From Eledone cirrhosa (taxonomy: Eukaryota): a stretch of 64,000 bases of DNA. The stretch is from contig OZ024745.1 of NCBI GenBank assembly GCA_964016885.1, forward strand, positions 73,842,001 to 73,906,000, written 5' to 3'. A model generated the notes under the pieces. That model was not told the origin of the DNA. It saw only the letters and a program-made list of their open reading frames with translations, and searched no databases. Below are positions 12,391 through 25,245 of the stretch, in pieces; within the stretch, counting starts at the first letter, position 1; each line of letters opens with the position of its first letter. A program made the translations under genes and the position numbers.

Positions 12391-12942
12391 TCAGAAATGT
12401 GAAAAGAATATAGAAATTATAAACCTTTGGTAAGTGGATGTGAGAGTCTTACACAAACAGAATACAAGCGCCGCCATGATAAACTCTGTTTGTAACTTCA
12501 TTGGCTTTTGGGTTGTAAATACTAATATGAAGTCAGAGAGCATTGGTAAGAGCATGTGACTTATAAAGTAATGCAGGAGGATTGGAGAGCAAAGATATTC
12601 TGGGATTATGATTTTCAAACTGATAGAGTAATTAAGCATCGCCGACCGGGAACTGTCGTATTGGATAAAGAAAACAAATACTATCAGATCATTGACATAG
12701 CCATATCAAATGACACGAATATTGGGAGTAAACAGTTTGGTAAAACCACCAAGTATTCCAAATTAAAGGTAGAGATAGCAAGAATGCAAGAGGGTAATGC
12801 GAAAGAGATGCCTGTTGTTATCGAGGCATTAAGATCAATACTATTGAAGCTTCAAGGCTTCTTAAATCGGTTGGAAATAGTATGCAAGGTTGGTTTCATG
12901 CTAGGAATTGCATACATTTTAAGGAAAGTATTTTCTGTCTGA
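12391..12942 (+). mobile_element. R4/Dong-type non-LTR retrotransposon 3' fragment (RLE domain)
   Basis: SGCESLTQTEYKRRHD; WDYDFQTDRVIKHRRPGTVVLDK; IIDIAI; KY; LGIAYILRKV. Confidence 0.85.
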
Positions 12943-13044
12943 GGTCCTAGTTGTGACTTGACAGATGACTAAATACTCTGTTGCATTACATTAATCATCA
13001 ACACTGCATGGCAATGTGGTAATAAGGCCAAGGTAATAGCAAAG

Positions 13045-13190
13045 ATTAAATCGATCACAGTGCGTTAGTGGTACTTTATTTTATCGATTTCGTTAGGATG
13101 AAAGGCAAAGCTAACCTCAGCAGAATTTGAACTCGGAATGTAAAGAGTCGGAATATATACTGCTGCACATTTGTTCGACGCTCTAATGAC
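13045..13190 (-). mobile_element. SINE family A, diverged
   Basis: Reverse complement of family A body (GGTACTTTATTTTATCGA ... GATGAAAGGCAAAG ... ATTTGAACTC). Confidence 0.75.
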
Positions 13191-13328
13191 TCACTTAATA
13201 ATATTGATTTTTAAAGGCCAGCAGCTTTTTGTGCGGTGGGGTTAACATATTAAAATGACACAATACATTTAATCCGACACTATGCCAATCAAACTTCCTG
13301 ATTAATATAAATAATTATTATAACTTGT

Positions 13329-13508
13329 ATTGGCAGTATCGGTAGAGGGTCGGACACCATGCTTTCCAGCATAGTTACGTCCCTTTACGATCTGAGTTCA
13401 AATCTCACCGAGGTTGACTTTGCCTTTCATCCTTACGGGGTCGATAAAATAAAGTACCAGTAATGCACTGGGTATTTGCTGGCATTGTGCCTAAAGTAGA
13501 AACAATTA
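13329..13508 (+). mobile_element. SINE family A
   Basis: Near-identical to the 12010 copy. Confidence 0.9.
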
Positions 13509-13639
13509 TAACTATAATTATAATTATTATTTCAGATTTCGGTGATACATCGAAGTAAACATAACCTGGAAAATAAAATTAAACTAATGATTCGATAACA
13601 GCTTAACTTAACAGTCTCATTCTCTCTTATATACACATA

Positions 13640-13965
13640 TATTCACCAGGTCCGAACACAAAAGAACCAAACTCCCACTGTCACTGCCTCCGTCTCTACC
13701 GCTCTCGCCATCTCTCACTATTGTAAACGAATGGGAGCCCACGTACTGACCGCCCCGCATCCCCGTCGAACAGAATAGGAAAGGCGTTTCCTCGGTGGAT
13801 GGTGAGGGAGACGCGCTGGAAGATCCATTCCAGCTCGCAAGGCTCACACCTGCTGGTAGACAACTCTGTGCCGATGGTGGTGAGCAGGGAGGTGGACCTA
13901 GGGCCAAGGACACCAGAAGTCTCCACTGTCACGGGCTCAACTGCAAACCTGTCGAAGAGCAACCG
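13640..13965 (-). mobile_element. CRE-clade retrotransposon 3' fragment
   Basis: DRFAVEPVTVETSGVLGP...LEWIFQRVSLTIHRGNA aligns with the C-terminus of the 4621-7468 element. Confidence 0.85.
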
Positions 13966-15368
13966 ATGAAAATGTTTTAACAATATTTACAATCCTATTT
14001 TGTTTCTGGAAAATGCTTACGGTTATCATAATAGGTATCCTGTATGTGGTTTTACGATAGAAGTGGTGTATAACGGACACATTCCTCTGTATGAACAGAA
14101 TCGATGGACTGATGCAACAGAAAAGTAGGTAATCAAGAAAGATTAAACCAGTGATTCTCAAGCCAATTTCTTCCTTTCCTTTTCAGGACAGCTAACGCAC
14201 CAGCCAGGCAAAATTTGACCTCATCAATCATCAACAAATCCATGCTACTAACATTTATAAATGACAATTGTAGAATTAACGAACAAAAGTTATCAGTACA
14301 AATGAAGTAAATCGCTTGAGGTTTTGATTGAAATCGTGCTGTGCCAGACGCTGATCTCTTGGTTCAAGTCACTCATTTTAATTCAATATATTGAAAGGAA
14401 ATGTAGAATTACATTAACTCTAAAACTTGCTTTTATCTATCATTTTACCGACTATGAAAATAAAAGTAAGGAGATTATTCTGAAAAGCACTTGAACAGAA
14501 TTGCTAGAAGACTATCAAATGAAAACTAGATGTTTGTAATTTGAGAGGTGGCTGCCGGTAAAAATTATTTAAATGCTTGTATATAAAAAAAAAAAAATGT
14601 ATATTATGACATTTTAACTGTTGGAAATAATCTTTCAAAACATCCGTTGAATAGATGTAAGGATATTGGTGAAAATGAAGCAATAATAATTTATTCTGGA
14701 AAAGATCCAATTCATCTTCAACTAAATTTCCTTAATACCGATAAGATATTTGAAATAATTTGTTAAGTGTTTTACAACTGTATATAATGTTTGTGGCTGG
14801 CAACAATTCACTTTAAAGATTAATTATTTTGTTTCTTACATCATTGTTCAAAAATGGTGGCAGAAGTTCTCAAAATATTGCGACTGTTTCTATTTCCATA
14901 GCTTCACGACGTTTCTAGAGGTTTTACTTTATTGGCAAGAAATTAATACGTCCATTTGGATTCTTTATCGAAAATTTCGGTGATACATAATCTCGTAGTT
15001 GGGTAGGTAGAAAATAATGTATTATGTCTTAGTGTTGGGGGTATCAACATCAAGTTAATGAGTAGTGTTGTGGTTTGTAGTGCCGAGGTTAAATTTTCTC
15101 AATCCAGAATAAATTACATGCTTATCAATATATTTGTCACTGGGAATGAATATATTTTCACAAACCTACGTACATGTTCACGCGCATAGACAGATGCATA
15201 CAACCATACCAGTACACAATTGTATACACACATAAATACGTATACACACAGATGAACTCATTCTCTAATTATATCACGGTCTAGTTTCACCTCATTTACT
15301 TTCAACATCATGTGAGAGTGTGTATGTGTGTGTATGTGAGAGAGAGATATTGTGTGAGGGTAGGGAGG

Positions 15369-15409
<41 letters not shown>

Positions 15410-15864
15410 TTTTGATGTGTATGTGTACGTGTGAGGGTAGGGAGGGTGTAAATGTGAGTATGTGTTTTCGTGTAAGAGAAAGAGAGAGAGAGAGTGTGTG
15501 TGTATGCGTGTATCTGTTGATGTGTATGTGTATGTGTGAGGGTAGTGAGGGTGTAAGTGTGAGTGTGTGTGTGTATGTGTGTGTGTACATGTGAGGATGT
15601 AAATGTGAGTGTGTTTGTTATATTAATTTCTCTCGTTGACGCTCGACTGCAAATTGTTATGGGAATCATGCAGGTGATTAAATCAACAATTATCTAATGA
15701 TTGCGATTTAATTTATCGAAGCTATGAAATACAGAGTAGAATACAGAGGATCGGAACTAAATATTGTAATACATTTAGTTCGGAGCTCAAATGTTTCTGC
15801 TTCTTCACCCCTTCCCTGTGTGTGTACGTGTGTGTGTACGTGTGTGTACATGTGTGTAATATTA

Positions 15865-16423
15865 ACTTTTAATTTAGGGACAAGGCCAGTAATCTGTGGG
15901 GATAGAACTGTTGATTATACCGACTCCACTGCTTTGGTATGGTATGGTATGGTATGGTATGGTATGGACCCGTAACTCCCGAGAGGTCGTAGGGGTGCCA
16001 TATTGACATACGGTGTTTTTAGGACATTTTTTTAAAAACCTGATGGAGCTCATCTCCTCGCCAGGCCTGTATACAGTAGATTTTTTCCAGAGAAGGACAG
16101 AGAGAGCGAGAGAAAGGAGAAAAGAGATATAGTGGAGGAATCGACCACACTACGCGACTGATACTTTTTATCGACCATGAATGGATGAAAGGCAAAGTTG
16201 ACCTCGACGGAATTTGAACTCAGAGAGTAGAGAGCCTAAATGAATATTACAAAGCATGTTGTCCGACGTTCTAACGATTCGCCCTTTCCCCAATGCTTTA
16301 CTGGTTTTTATTGACGAAACGTAAACTTGTACTCGGCGTGGTTTGAACTCAGAACGCAAAGAGTAAGCAGAAATGCAGTAGAGCATTTTGTCTGGCACTC
16401 TAACGTCTCCGCCAACCCACTGC

Positions 16424-16460
<37 letters not shown>

Positions 16461-17212
16461 TATTAGTTTCTGATTTAGACACAAGGCAAACAATTTTGGG
16501 GGAGAGGAAAGTCGATTAAATCGACCCCAGTGCTTTACTGGTACTTTAATTTATCGACCCTGTAAGGATAAAAGACAAAGCTAACCTCGGTAAGATTTGA
16601 ACTCAGAACGTAATTATTAAGAACAAATGCAGTAAAGAATGTTGTCTGACGCTCTAACGATTATATCAATCAACCTCCTCCAACCGTGTGTGAGTGTAAT
16701 ATTTGTTTCTACTTTTGGCACAAGGCCAGCAATTACCCAGTACATTACTGGTACTTTATTTTATCGACCTCGTAAGGATGAAAGGCAAAGTTAACCTCGA
16801 CAGGATTTGAACTCAGACCGTAAAGGGACGTAACTATGCTGGAAAGCATGGCGTCCGACCCTCTACCGATACTGCCAATTCACTGAGTGTAATATTGTTT
16901 CTACTTTTGACTCACAAGACCACACCTTTTACTTACCTGATACTTATTTTATCGAAAGCTAAAGGACGAAACACAAAGTTTAATTCTCTGTGGCATTTAA
17001 ACTTGTCTGATGCTCTACCTACTCTTGTCACTCTACAACTACTGGTGTGTGCCTGCGAGTGCACGCGTGTGTTGTCTGTGTATGTGTCTGTGTTAATATT
17101 GATTTATAATTTAGACACAAAACCAATAATTTGTGGATGGGTCCTATTTAATCGATCGCAGAATAATGAAAAGCGAAGCTAACTTCGGCGAAATTTAAAC
17201 TCAGAACGTAAA
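15865..17212 (-). mobile_element. Cluster of about six co-oriented family A SINE copies or fragments separated by TG-rich tracts
   Basis: Repeated AAGGCCAG...GGTACTTTATTTTATCGAC...GATGAAAGGCAAAG...ATTTGAACTCAG blocks; most intact copy at about 16700-16878. Confidence 0.8.
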
Positions 17213-18109
17213 ATGAGTATATATATATAACATAAAAATATATTAATATAGCACATTTGTTTCCCATAAAAACTTTTCTAACTTACAGAATCTAGTTGTT
17301 ACTTAATTTGTTAAAATAGCCTTCAATATTGTTTTCGATTCGAGTATACTTATTTTGCAATATTGTGTTTTGTTTTGTTTTAACTCCGTTATATCACACT
17401 GGGTTCTTGTTAATAAATGACAGTCTATATCTAATTTGTATTCCACAAGTATATTTATATAAATCGACAAGTTAGTGGGTGGTCTCTTAAATTACGTTAT
17501 CATTGTGTTTTCCATACACACACACACATATATATATAATGATGTATAAGTCAACAGGTTAGAATTGACTTCATTTATTCATTATATAATCGCTGTCATA
17601 TATATTATTATAATTATACACACTTATACACACACACACACACATATATATATATACATATATACATATATATATGTATATATATGTGTATATATATATA
17701 TATCTTCTAACTTTAATTTTATACCTAATTGTGTATGGTTGACGATATATTTAATCGATTTCCACGTGCTATTGAAACGGTGGGTAAATATTCTATAGCT
17801 GTTGATCGCGAATAAATGGCTGTCATTTATTTATCTATTATTTCCTCATAGGTGCCTTTTAATCTTATAGCCTGGTTTTTTTGTGTGGTTGATTATGATG
17901 ATTGGGAGAGGAAATGGTGTATATATCTTATCAAATGATTCTATGGACATATTTTATAGTATATATATATATATGTACATATGAACCACCTAATAGAATA
18001 TTAGTCTACGTCTTCTTTTATACCATAAACATGGTTTTGTCTGTCTTTGCGTGTAATTGTTTTTCGTATGTCATTGTGTTTATATGTGGGTAGCCACTTT
18101 TTATACGTG

Positions 18110-18397
18110 GGAGCCACTTTTTTAACATAAAAACAGGTAGAATTCCCAAAACTAATCAGATCAGAGCAAACAGCACGGACACTCTATCTCAAAATTATTT
18201 TTGAAAAGCATTTAGAAATGCGCAACCGGTAAAAACTTAAAAACTTAAAACCACAACTGAATACTAACCCATACAATCACTAATACTCTTTTATTCCTAA
18301 TTAAACCATTTTTCAACTGTGAACAATTTGTCAGCATTTTCTATTCCGTTTACCAATATATCATAACTTGTGTGTTACACCTCTATTCTTTTAACTA
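18110..18397. repeat. Dispersed repeat of about 280 bp, second copy at 33886-34158
   Basis: Both start GGAGCCACTTTTTTAACATAAAAACAGGTAGAATTCCC and end at a (TA)n tract. Confidence 0.85.
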
Positions 18398-18501
18398 TAT
18401 ATATATATATATACGTAAAAGGTAAACAGAAATAACAACACAATCGGTACAGTATATGGAAGGTATATATTAGGTTAACGCTTGATATAGCAGGAAGAGG
18501 G

Positions 18502-18537
18502 TCTAAACGTTTCGGACGCTATTCCTTCATCAGAAGA
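18502..18537 (-). ncRNA. Minimal hammerhead ribozyme motif with weak stem I
   Basis: Minus strand TCTT CTGATGA A GGA ATAGCG TCC GAAA CGTT TAGA; self-complementary AAACGTTT stem III. Confidence 0.6.
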
Positions 18538-18577
18538 GAGAATGAGAAATAAAATAGATTAAGGGACGGGCAGTTAT

Positions 18578-18903
18578 TTTAACAATGATAACAAATTATT
18601 TTACATATCCTATTCATTGTTTTACGGTGTTTCGGAGGGTTGATCATATCGATATATTGACTGATCTATAGCACTTATAGAACTGTATACTATCTGACAT
18701 AATATATGTGTTCGATGATACCGTCTTCTTCGGAAACAATCGAAGAAGACGTTATGATCGAACCCATATATTATGTTTGATAGTATACAGTTCTATAACT
18801 GCTATAGATCAGTCAATATATCGATATGATCAACCCTCCAAAACGATCGTAAAACAATGAATAGGATATATAAAATAACTTGCCTTTGCTATCATTGTTA
18901 AAA
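18578..18903. repeat. About 325-bp foldback (MITE-like) with arms of about 155 bp
   Basis: Arms converge on CGTCTTCTTCG-gaaacaat-CGAAGAAGACG. Confidence 0.9.
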
Positions 18904-19080
18904 AAAAAAAAATTATATAATATATCAGACTCTGTATCTAAAAGATTGACGAAATATAAACCTATGATTTACATACCTAATACCCAATAGAACCAATCAC
19001 CGGATCTCTCTGAATTACATTCTGACGGATTACATTGAGTTCTAGCTACGGTATAGACCCCACCGCGAAAGATTGACAAC

Positions 19081-19172
<92 letters not shown>

Positions 19173-21339
19173 TGATGTGTTTCATTTTGAAAAATATTTG
19201 CCAAATATTCGGGAAAATGAAGGCGCTGGAATATACATACTGTGAAGGAAGTGTAAAGTAAAAATAAATGGAAGAAAACCCATAGAAATAAAAAAAAAAG
19301 ATAACAGTTTGTCGTTGAAAATAGTCAAGGAAGAATCAGCTGTAGAGAATGACTTACCCAAGAAGGGCTACAAGATGGATCAACGAACAGAAGAATTAAA
19401 TTGTTCAGGATACTGTTCCTAAATGCGAACACTGTGTGTGAGAATGTTTAAGAAGTTTGCTTCAAAATTATAAGGAACTGGGTTCGATACCACACCGAGG
19501 TATCATGATCAGGTACCTGTACCATAGCGGCACATCAACCCAAACATTATGAATGACATATTATAGATGAAAACTGTCTGGAAGCCCGTTGGAAGGAGTG
19601 TACCTCTAATTCAAAGGGCCAATCTTGTCACACACTATCTCAAGCTGAATCTACCCAAGAATTACATTAATAGGAACTGACGTTTCAACCACTTGCGCAT
19701 TAATTTGGTGAGCAGTTTGTTGCCATTAAATAAACATCAGGGAAACCTATCGACGAAACTGACGGCTCGCCATTTTATTTTAATGAATAAAGGTTTGGGA
19801 GGAAATTTGGTAGATAACAAGAGAGATAAGATAGATATGCGAGGAAGTCTACGTTTAGATTAGTTTAAGAGAACATACATAGAAAGGAGAGCTAAAAAAA
19901 TGAATAAAATAAAGGATGGCAATCGATGAATGCAATGATATATAAATAAATAAATATAAATATGATTAAGTTGGAACAAATAAAAAATAGTGGACAATGT
20001 AAGTAAATCAATATAGCATGTTAATTGATGAATGAAAAAAATAGATAAATGCTGGAGTTAGAGTGGATAGTTTGCTGGAGTTTAAGTTGTATATGGTGTG
20101 ATAATCTATTTTAAAACAACCAACAGCCTTTTACTCTGCTTCTTCCCACACTATGATTTTTCTCCCATTTTTCTCACACTGCTCCTACGATATATGTTTC
20201 ATAAACTCTTCATTCTTCTGACGTTTCAACGATTTAAAAAATAATTAAGCACAGCATCTATTTGTAAGAAGTGTTCCTATTAAAATGTATTGTTAGGTGG
20301 ACTGACCCAGCAAGGTTACTGGGACCAGTATTGGATCAGGATTCAAAATGTTCACCTTTAGTAAGTCTACATTCTTGAAATACAGCTTACTATAACACAT
20401 TCTTTTTTCTATAGATTCGATTCTGCTTATTTCGGAAACACGAAGTTTACAGAATACAATTTTCTTCGGTAGTGTTATTTATTTTAATGTGCTCCCTCTA
20501 CAAAACAGTATTAGGCTTTGTTGCCAGATACTGCTATCATTTTATTATATTCATTTTGAAAATAAAGAATTTAAAGTAATTCTATGATATAGGTATTTAG
20601 TAATATAACTAACCTTCTCATTAATATTAATGATGGAAGGTTTTTAGATAAATATAAATTTAAAAAAACAGACAGTACTGTATCGTAGAACCAGTATCTT
20701 CTACATCTAGCTTGGAAAGTCAGTTTCATTTCGTTTCAGAAAAAAGAAAATTAACAATGCATGAAAGCGGTTACTTTTTTAATTTTTCTTAAAAAAAAAA
20801 AAAAAAAAAAAATAGAAAAGAAAAGGTGGAGAAACAGACATGATTCTTGCATTTCTTTTTTAAAAAATGCTTATTCTATTTATTTGCTTTCTTTTCAGAA
20901 AAAAAATACTGTTTTTCGTTTCAATGTTTAGTAAGTATGTCTTAACTAAAAATCTATAATGGGAATAAGATAATATCTAATGAATCTATATTGGTTTACA
21001 ATAGCGGACATATAGAGACAAGAAGGTCGAGTGTGTTATTGAACTGCTTGCCCATTTGTCAGGAGTTCAATTCTTCTTTTGACATTCTATTATATTTCTG
21101 GGAGGAATATCTTATTCATCACTGCCTGTATTCACCTAGCTATTGCGAATAAACTTCACCACAATATCTATCACTATTCAACCTCAGCCCATTGAGCTCG
21201 GATTCTGGTTATGATTACTGCCTGCGTACGTGTGTCAGAAAGTGTTTAAACAGAAAGGCATCATTCTTGGCCCATATTTACTTTCCAAAGATACAGTGCA
21301 AAGATAACGCACTTCTTCTCAAGTCGGCGAGGGTGGGGT

Positions 21340-21682
21340 GGTTTACGTGCTCTGATGTTGGGTTTGAATAGTTAAAAATCGGACTCAGTTTTGCAAGGAC
21401 CTGTATGGCACACTGATGCTGTAATGCAATAAGCTTGTGAACTCACGTTCTCTAATCTGGCTTGTTCTGTCTGTGTTGCTCTCCTATCTTCTGCAAGGGA
21501 CCTCAGTTGCTGAAGGTGGGACTGGCGCTGCTCTTAAGACTTGGCTGATCGAAGGCTCTCGCTTGAATCCTCATCTGCTGAAGGCGACATTCATGAATAT
21601 CTTCAGGCTCTCTTGCTCTAGTAACATTTTTCTTCTGGTAAAATCTGATCTTGCGGCCAGATTGGGACTTTTTGGGTGGCAT
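21340..21682 (-). pseudogene. Helitron RepHel N-terminal remnant with STPR-like repeats
   Basis: MPPKKSQSGRK...EPEDIHECRLQQMR, then after a frameshift EQRQSHLQQLRSLAEDRRATQTEQARLE. Confidence 0.55.
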
Positions 21683-21789
21683 ATCGGCAGTAACAATGAC
21701 GATAAGCCGTCTGTGCTTTCGTGAAATAAATAGGTTTGTTTATATTTCGTTTTTGTGTATGCAAAAATATCTGTACACGAATATATAAT

Positions 21790-22097
21790 TATATATATGA
21801 ATGTATGTATAGTATATTTTATAATATACTGTATGTTTATTTAAAAACATTTTGAAGACCATTCGCTATGAGTTTTAAAGTAGTGACTATATCACTTACT
21901 TTGTCTCGGCAAAATCAAAGAGAAGCAACCGACAGTTGTTTCTCGTTTGTTAACGGTTATCAAGATTGCTTATCCCTAAGCTTCTGCCGAGACTTATCGA
22001 AGCTAAAATAACAGATTAAAGTTTAAGCAAAGAATCGCTGCTTTCACCCTTAACGGGATCTTCTGAAACTAACAAAATCAATCTGTGAACGCAGAAG
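21790..22097 (-). mobile_element. PLE-type terminal repeat fragment
   Basis: Homologous to 61803-61893 (ribozyme-like part) and to 43455-43660 (tail); abuts TA-rich tract. Confidence 0.55.
22012..22085 (-). ncRNA. Variant hammerhead-like fold (CAGAAGA core)
   Basis: Near-identical to 61813-61886; three stems around CAGAAGA and GAAA. Confidence 0.55.
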
Positions 22098-22114
22098 TAA
22101 ATATGTCGAAAAAC

Positions 22115-22553
22115 GTTATCTAATGCAGACAGCCAGACATACAGTGACATATTATAAGGGCGCGACGTTATAGCTATTTATCTATCTAATAAGACAGACT
22201 AAGAAAAAGAGAGGAATGTTGTGCGACGTCATAGCTGTGTATCTAATGCAGACAGCCATACATACAGAGACATATTATAAAGGCGCGACGTCATAGCTAT
22301 TTATCTATCTAAAAAGACAGACTAAGAAAGAGTGAGGAATGTCGTATAAGCGGAAGTGTTGACATTTGAAAGTTTAAAGAAGTGAATGTTTAAATAATGT
22401 CTTTAATCTTTTAACAAAATTCAGTAGACAAAAATACCCTCAGTTTTTTACTTGGAAAAAGTTACTGCTATGGTGCAAATTTGGTGCTGTTTGGTCCAGC
22501 CGTTTGGCGAAAAGTGTGTTACATATATATAACCGTCAGCTTTATATTATAGA
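22115..22553 (-). mobile_element. Helitron 5' end with two internal repeats of about 120 bp
   Basis: Minus strand starts A|TCTATAATATAAAGCTGACGG; the repeat unit ATGCAGACAGCC...GGCGCGACG also occurs in the 2462-3383 Helitron. Confidence 0.65.
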
Positions 22554-22564
22554 TATAGGAAAAT

Positions 22565-22620
22565 GTTCAAGACCCCCACGGCAGAGCTGAAGCCATTTCG
22601 ACGGCTATTTCTGGACCCAG
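22565..22620 (-). mobile_element. 3' half of the hammerhead of the 42377 family
   Basis: Minus strand AAATAGCCGTC GAAA TGGC TTCAGCTCT GCCG TG GGGGT. Confidence 0.65.
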
Positions 22621-22648
22621 TGAGATCTATATTCTGGATATATATATA

Positions 22649-23045
22649 TACGAGGGTAATCCCGAAAGTAAGGTCTCCAAAGCGATGGGGACGCAGAGAA
22701 ACTGTTCGTACAGCTGTTGGCAACACTGTTGTGATTGGTGCTTCCTTCACTCCCAAACAAGCATGCGTGCGCTTCGCTGGGATGCTCAATCTTGGCTTGG
22801 CAGCCGTTGAGAATGGAACTCCCGTTGAACGCTACCGCCAAGTGCGAATTTCGCGCAGTTATTTTATAGAGGGCAATCCCAAAAGTAAGGTCTCCTTTCG
22901 AGGAAAACATGCGTAAAGATCGGCGGATCACTCTGGATGCTCTCTGCATTTTGGTTCCTGAGGTTTCCCAAAGCACCATCCACAGGATTTTAACAGAAAA
23001 GTTGCAATATCGGAAGGAGACCATACTTTTGGGATTGCCCTTGTA
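22649..23045 (+). mobile_element. Mariner deletion derivative(s)
   Basis: TA-flanked TIR CGAGGGTAATCCCGAAAGTAAGGTCTCC, a second left TIR at 22868, right TIR at 23017-23043; HTH fragment RKDRRITLDALCILVPEVSQSTIHRILTEKLQYRK; another left end at about 33581. Confidence 0.85.
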
Positions 23046-23698
23046 TATATATATATAAATATACGAGGGCATATATATATAAATAAATGAAAAATGGCGT
23101 GCTGCGGTGTTGCGAATGTGATACATATGAATTAAAAGATAGAGCAAGAAACCAGGACTATCCGTCATCATTGATCTTCTTGCTATCATCGGTATTTCTT
23201 CGCATTAAAGACTAGATACCTCAAGCGAGCGCGAACAATAACTAAAATAAGTTATTGGGATAAAAAGAATTGGGTGGAGAAAGAGAGACATGTAAACAAA
23301 CAAAAATGGTAAGGCAACGTAAAGAGAGGAAGATGAGGAAACAAGTCAGTGATACATGTGAACTTAAGTTCTAGCAAATCATTGACGAGAAGAAAAAAAG
23401 ACGCGTCCAAACCCAAGAAATGTGAGCGAGAAAAGGATTTCACACAGATCAGACGGGAGGAAGTGAGAGAGGTGGAGTAGCAAAGAGTGAGTGAGTGGAC
23501 GTGTGAGGAAGAGGCCAGCCGAGAGTGGGTAACCAGCAGAGGGGGTGAATGAAAGTAAGAGATACAAGGAGAGAGAAGGAGGGGAGAGAAAGAGGATAGC
23601 AGTAAGGGAATAGAAACAGACAGGTCATAGCGGAAGGAAAAAAATATATATGAATGATAAATGGCGTGCTGCGTTGTTGCGAATGTGATACATATGAA

Positions 23699-23845
<147 letters not shown>

Positions 23846-23921
23846 AAGTATGTATGTATGTATACGTACATACATATATGTATACAGACGTACAGTAGTA
23901 TGTATATATATACATACATGT

Positions 23922-23965
<44 letters not shown>

Positions 23966-24087
23966 GTATCGGTTTACCGAACATTTATTATTATGCTCGG
24001 TTTGTTTGTAAACAAACAAACAGCCCGAATTATGCCGTACAATGCTTAGGCAACCACGTCACCTTTTTGTTCAACACTGACACAGGA

Positions 24088-24130
24088 ACGATGTACTAGT
24101 TTCAAGCTTATTAGCTATCGTCAGCATCGT
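24088..24130 (-). ncRNA. Minimal type I hammerhead ribozyme
   Basis: ACGATG CTGACGA T AGCT AATA AGCT T GAAA CTAG TA CATCGT: 6-bp stem I, GUA cleavage triplet. Confidence 0.8.
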
Positions 24131-24644
24131 ATACCTTCCTGCCAGATGGTTGAACGTCTGAAAGTATATACTTTCCTTATGCATATTAACGGCTGAGCGG
24201 CCTAATTTGCATATATAGTGAGTTTACTCGGCCGGGCGCACCGAAAACGACAAATGGAATAGAATGAAACGAAATTTCATTTTTCACTCTTAGTACGGCA
24301 GTTACTTAAACGTAAATATGTATGTATGTATACGTACATACATATATGTATACAGACGTACAGTAGTATGTATATATATACATACATCCAGACATATATA
24401 TATGCACGTATCGGTTTACCGAACATTTATTATAATACTCGGTTTGTTTGTAAACAGACAAACAGTCCGAATTATGCCGTACAGTGTTTAGGCAACCACG
24501 TCACCTTTCATTCTATTCCATTTATTGTTTTCGGTGCGCCCGGCCGACTAAACTCACTCAATATGCAAATTAGGCCGCTCAGCCGTTAATATGCGTAAGG
24601 AAAGTATATACTTTCAGACGTTCAACCCTCTGGCAGGAAGGTAT

Positions 24645-24687
24645 ACCATGCTGACGATAGCTAATAAGCTTGAAACTAGTACATTGT
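24645..24687 (+). ncRNA. Minimal type I hammerhead ribozyme, second copy
   Basis: ACCATG CTGACGA TAGCTAATAAGCTT GAAA CTAG TA CATTGT; one mismatch in stem I. Confidence 0.75.
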
Positions 24688-24808
24688 TCCTCTGTCAGTG
24701 TTGAACAAAAAGGTGACGTGGTTGCCTAAACACTGTATACATACATACTTACATTTAAGTATCTGCCGTACTAAGAGTGAGAAATGAAATTTCGTTTCAT
24801 TCTATTCC

Positions 24809-24928
<120 letters not shown>

Positions 24929-24967
24929 GTTTCATTCTATTCCATTATATATATATATATAGTTGCT

Positions 24968-25245
24968 AATTACCCAAATTAAAAGTCAGCTCAAAAGTGA
25001 CACAGAGGAGACAGAGGTTGGCTGGACATGCTCACCGACATCCAGAGTTGACATTGCACTCAGTGCTCCTTTGGGAGCCCCTACATGGACACACTAGAAG
25101 GGAAGACCAAGGTTAACATATGTTGATGCCCTAAGGACAGACACTGGTCTGTTGGAGATGCAGGATATGGCAGCGATAATGAGGGACAGAGACCGCTGGA
25201 GAGAACTCGTCCATGGATCTCGGGAATTTTACCCGCCTTAGATAG
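24968..25245 (+). mobile_element. RTE-group LINE 3' end
   Basis: QRRQRLAGHAHRHPE...LLWEPLHG...GRPRLTYVD...MRDRDRWRELV across one frameshift. Confidence 0.8.

Noticed and set aside
14010-14135. Short protein-like frame FLENAYGYHNRYPVCGF...
   Set aside because: Short, ends in a stop, no recognisable family or acceptor site
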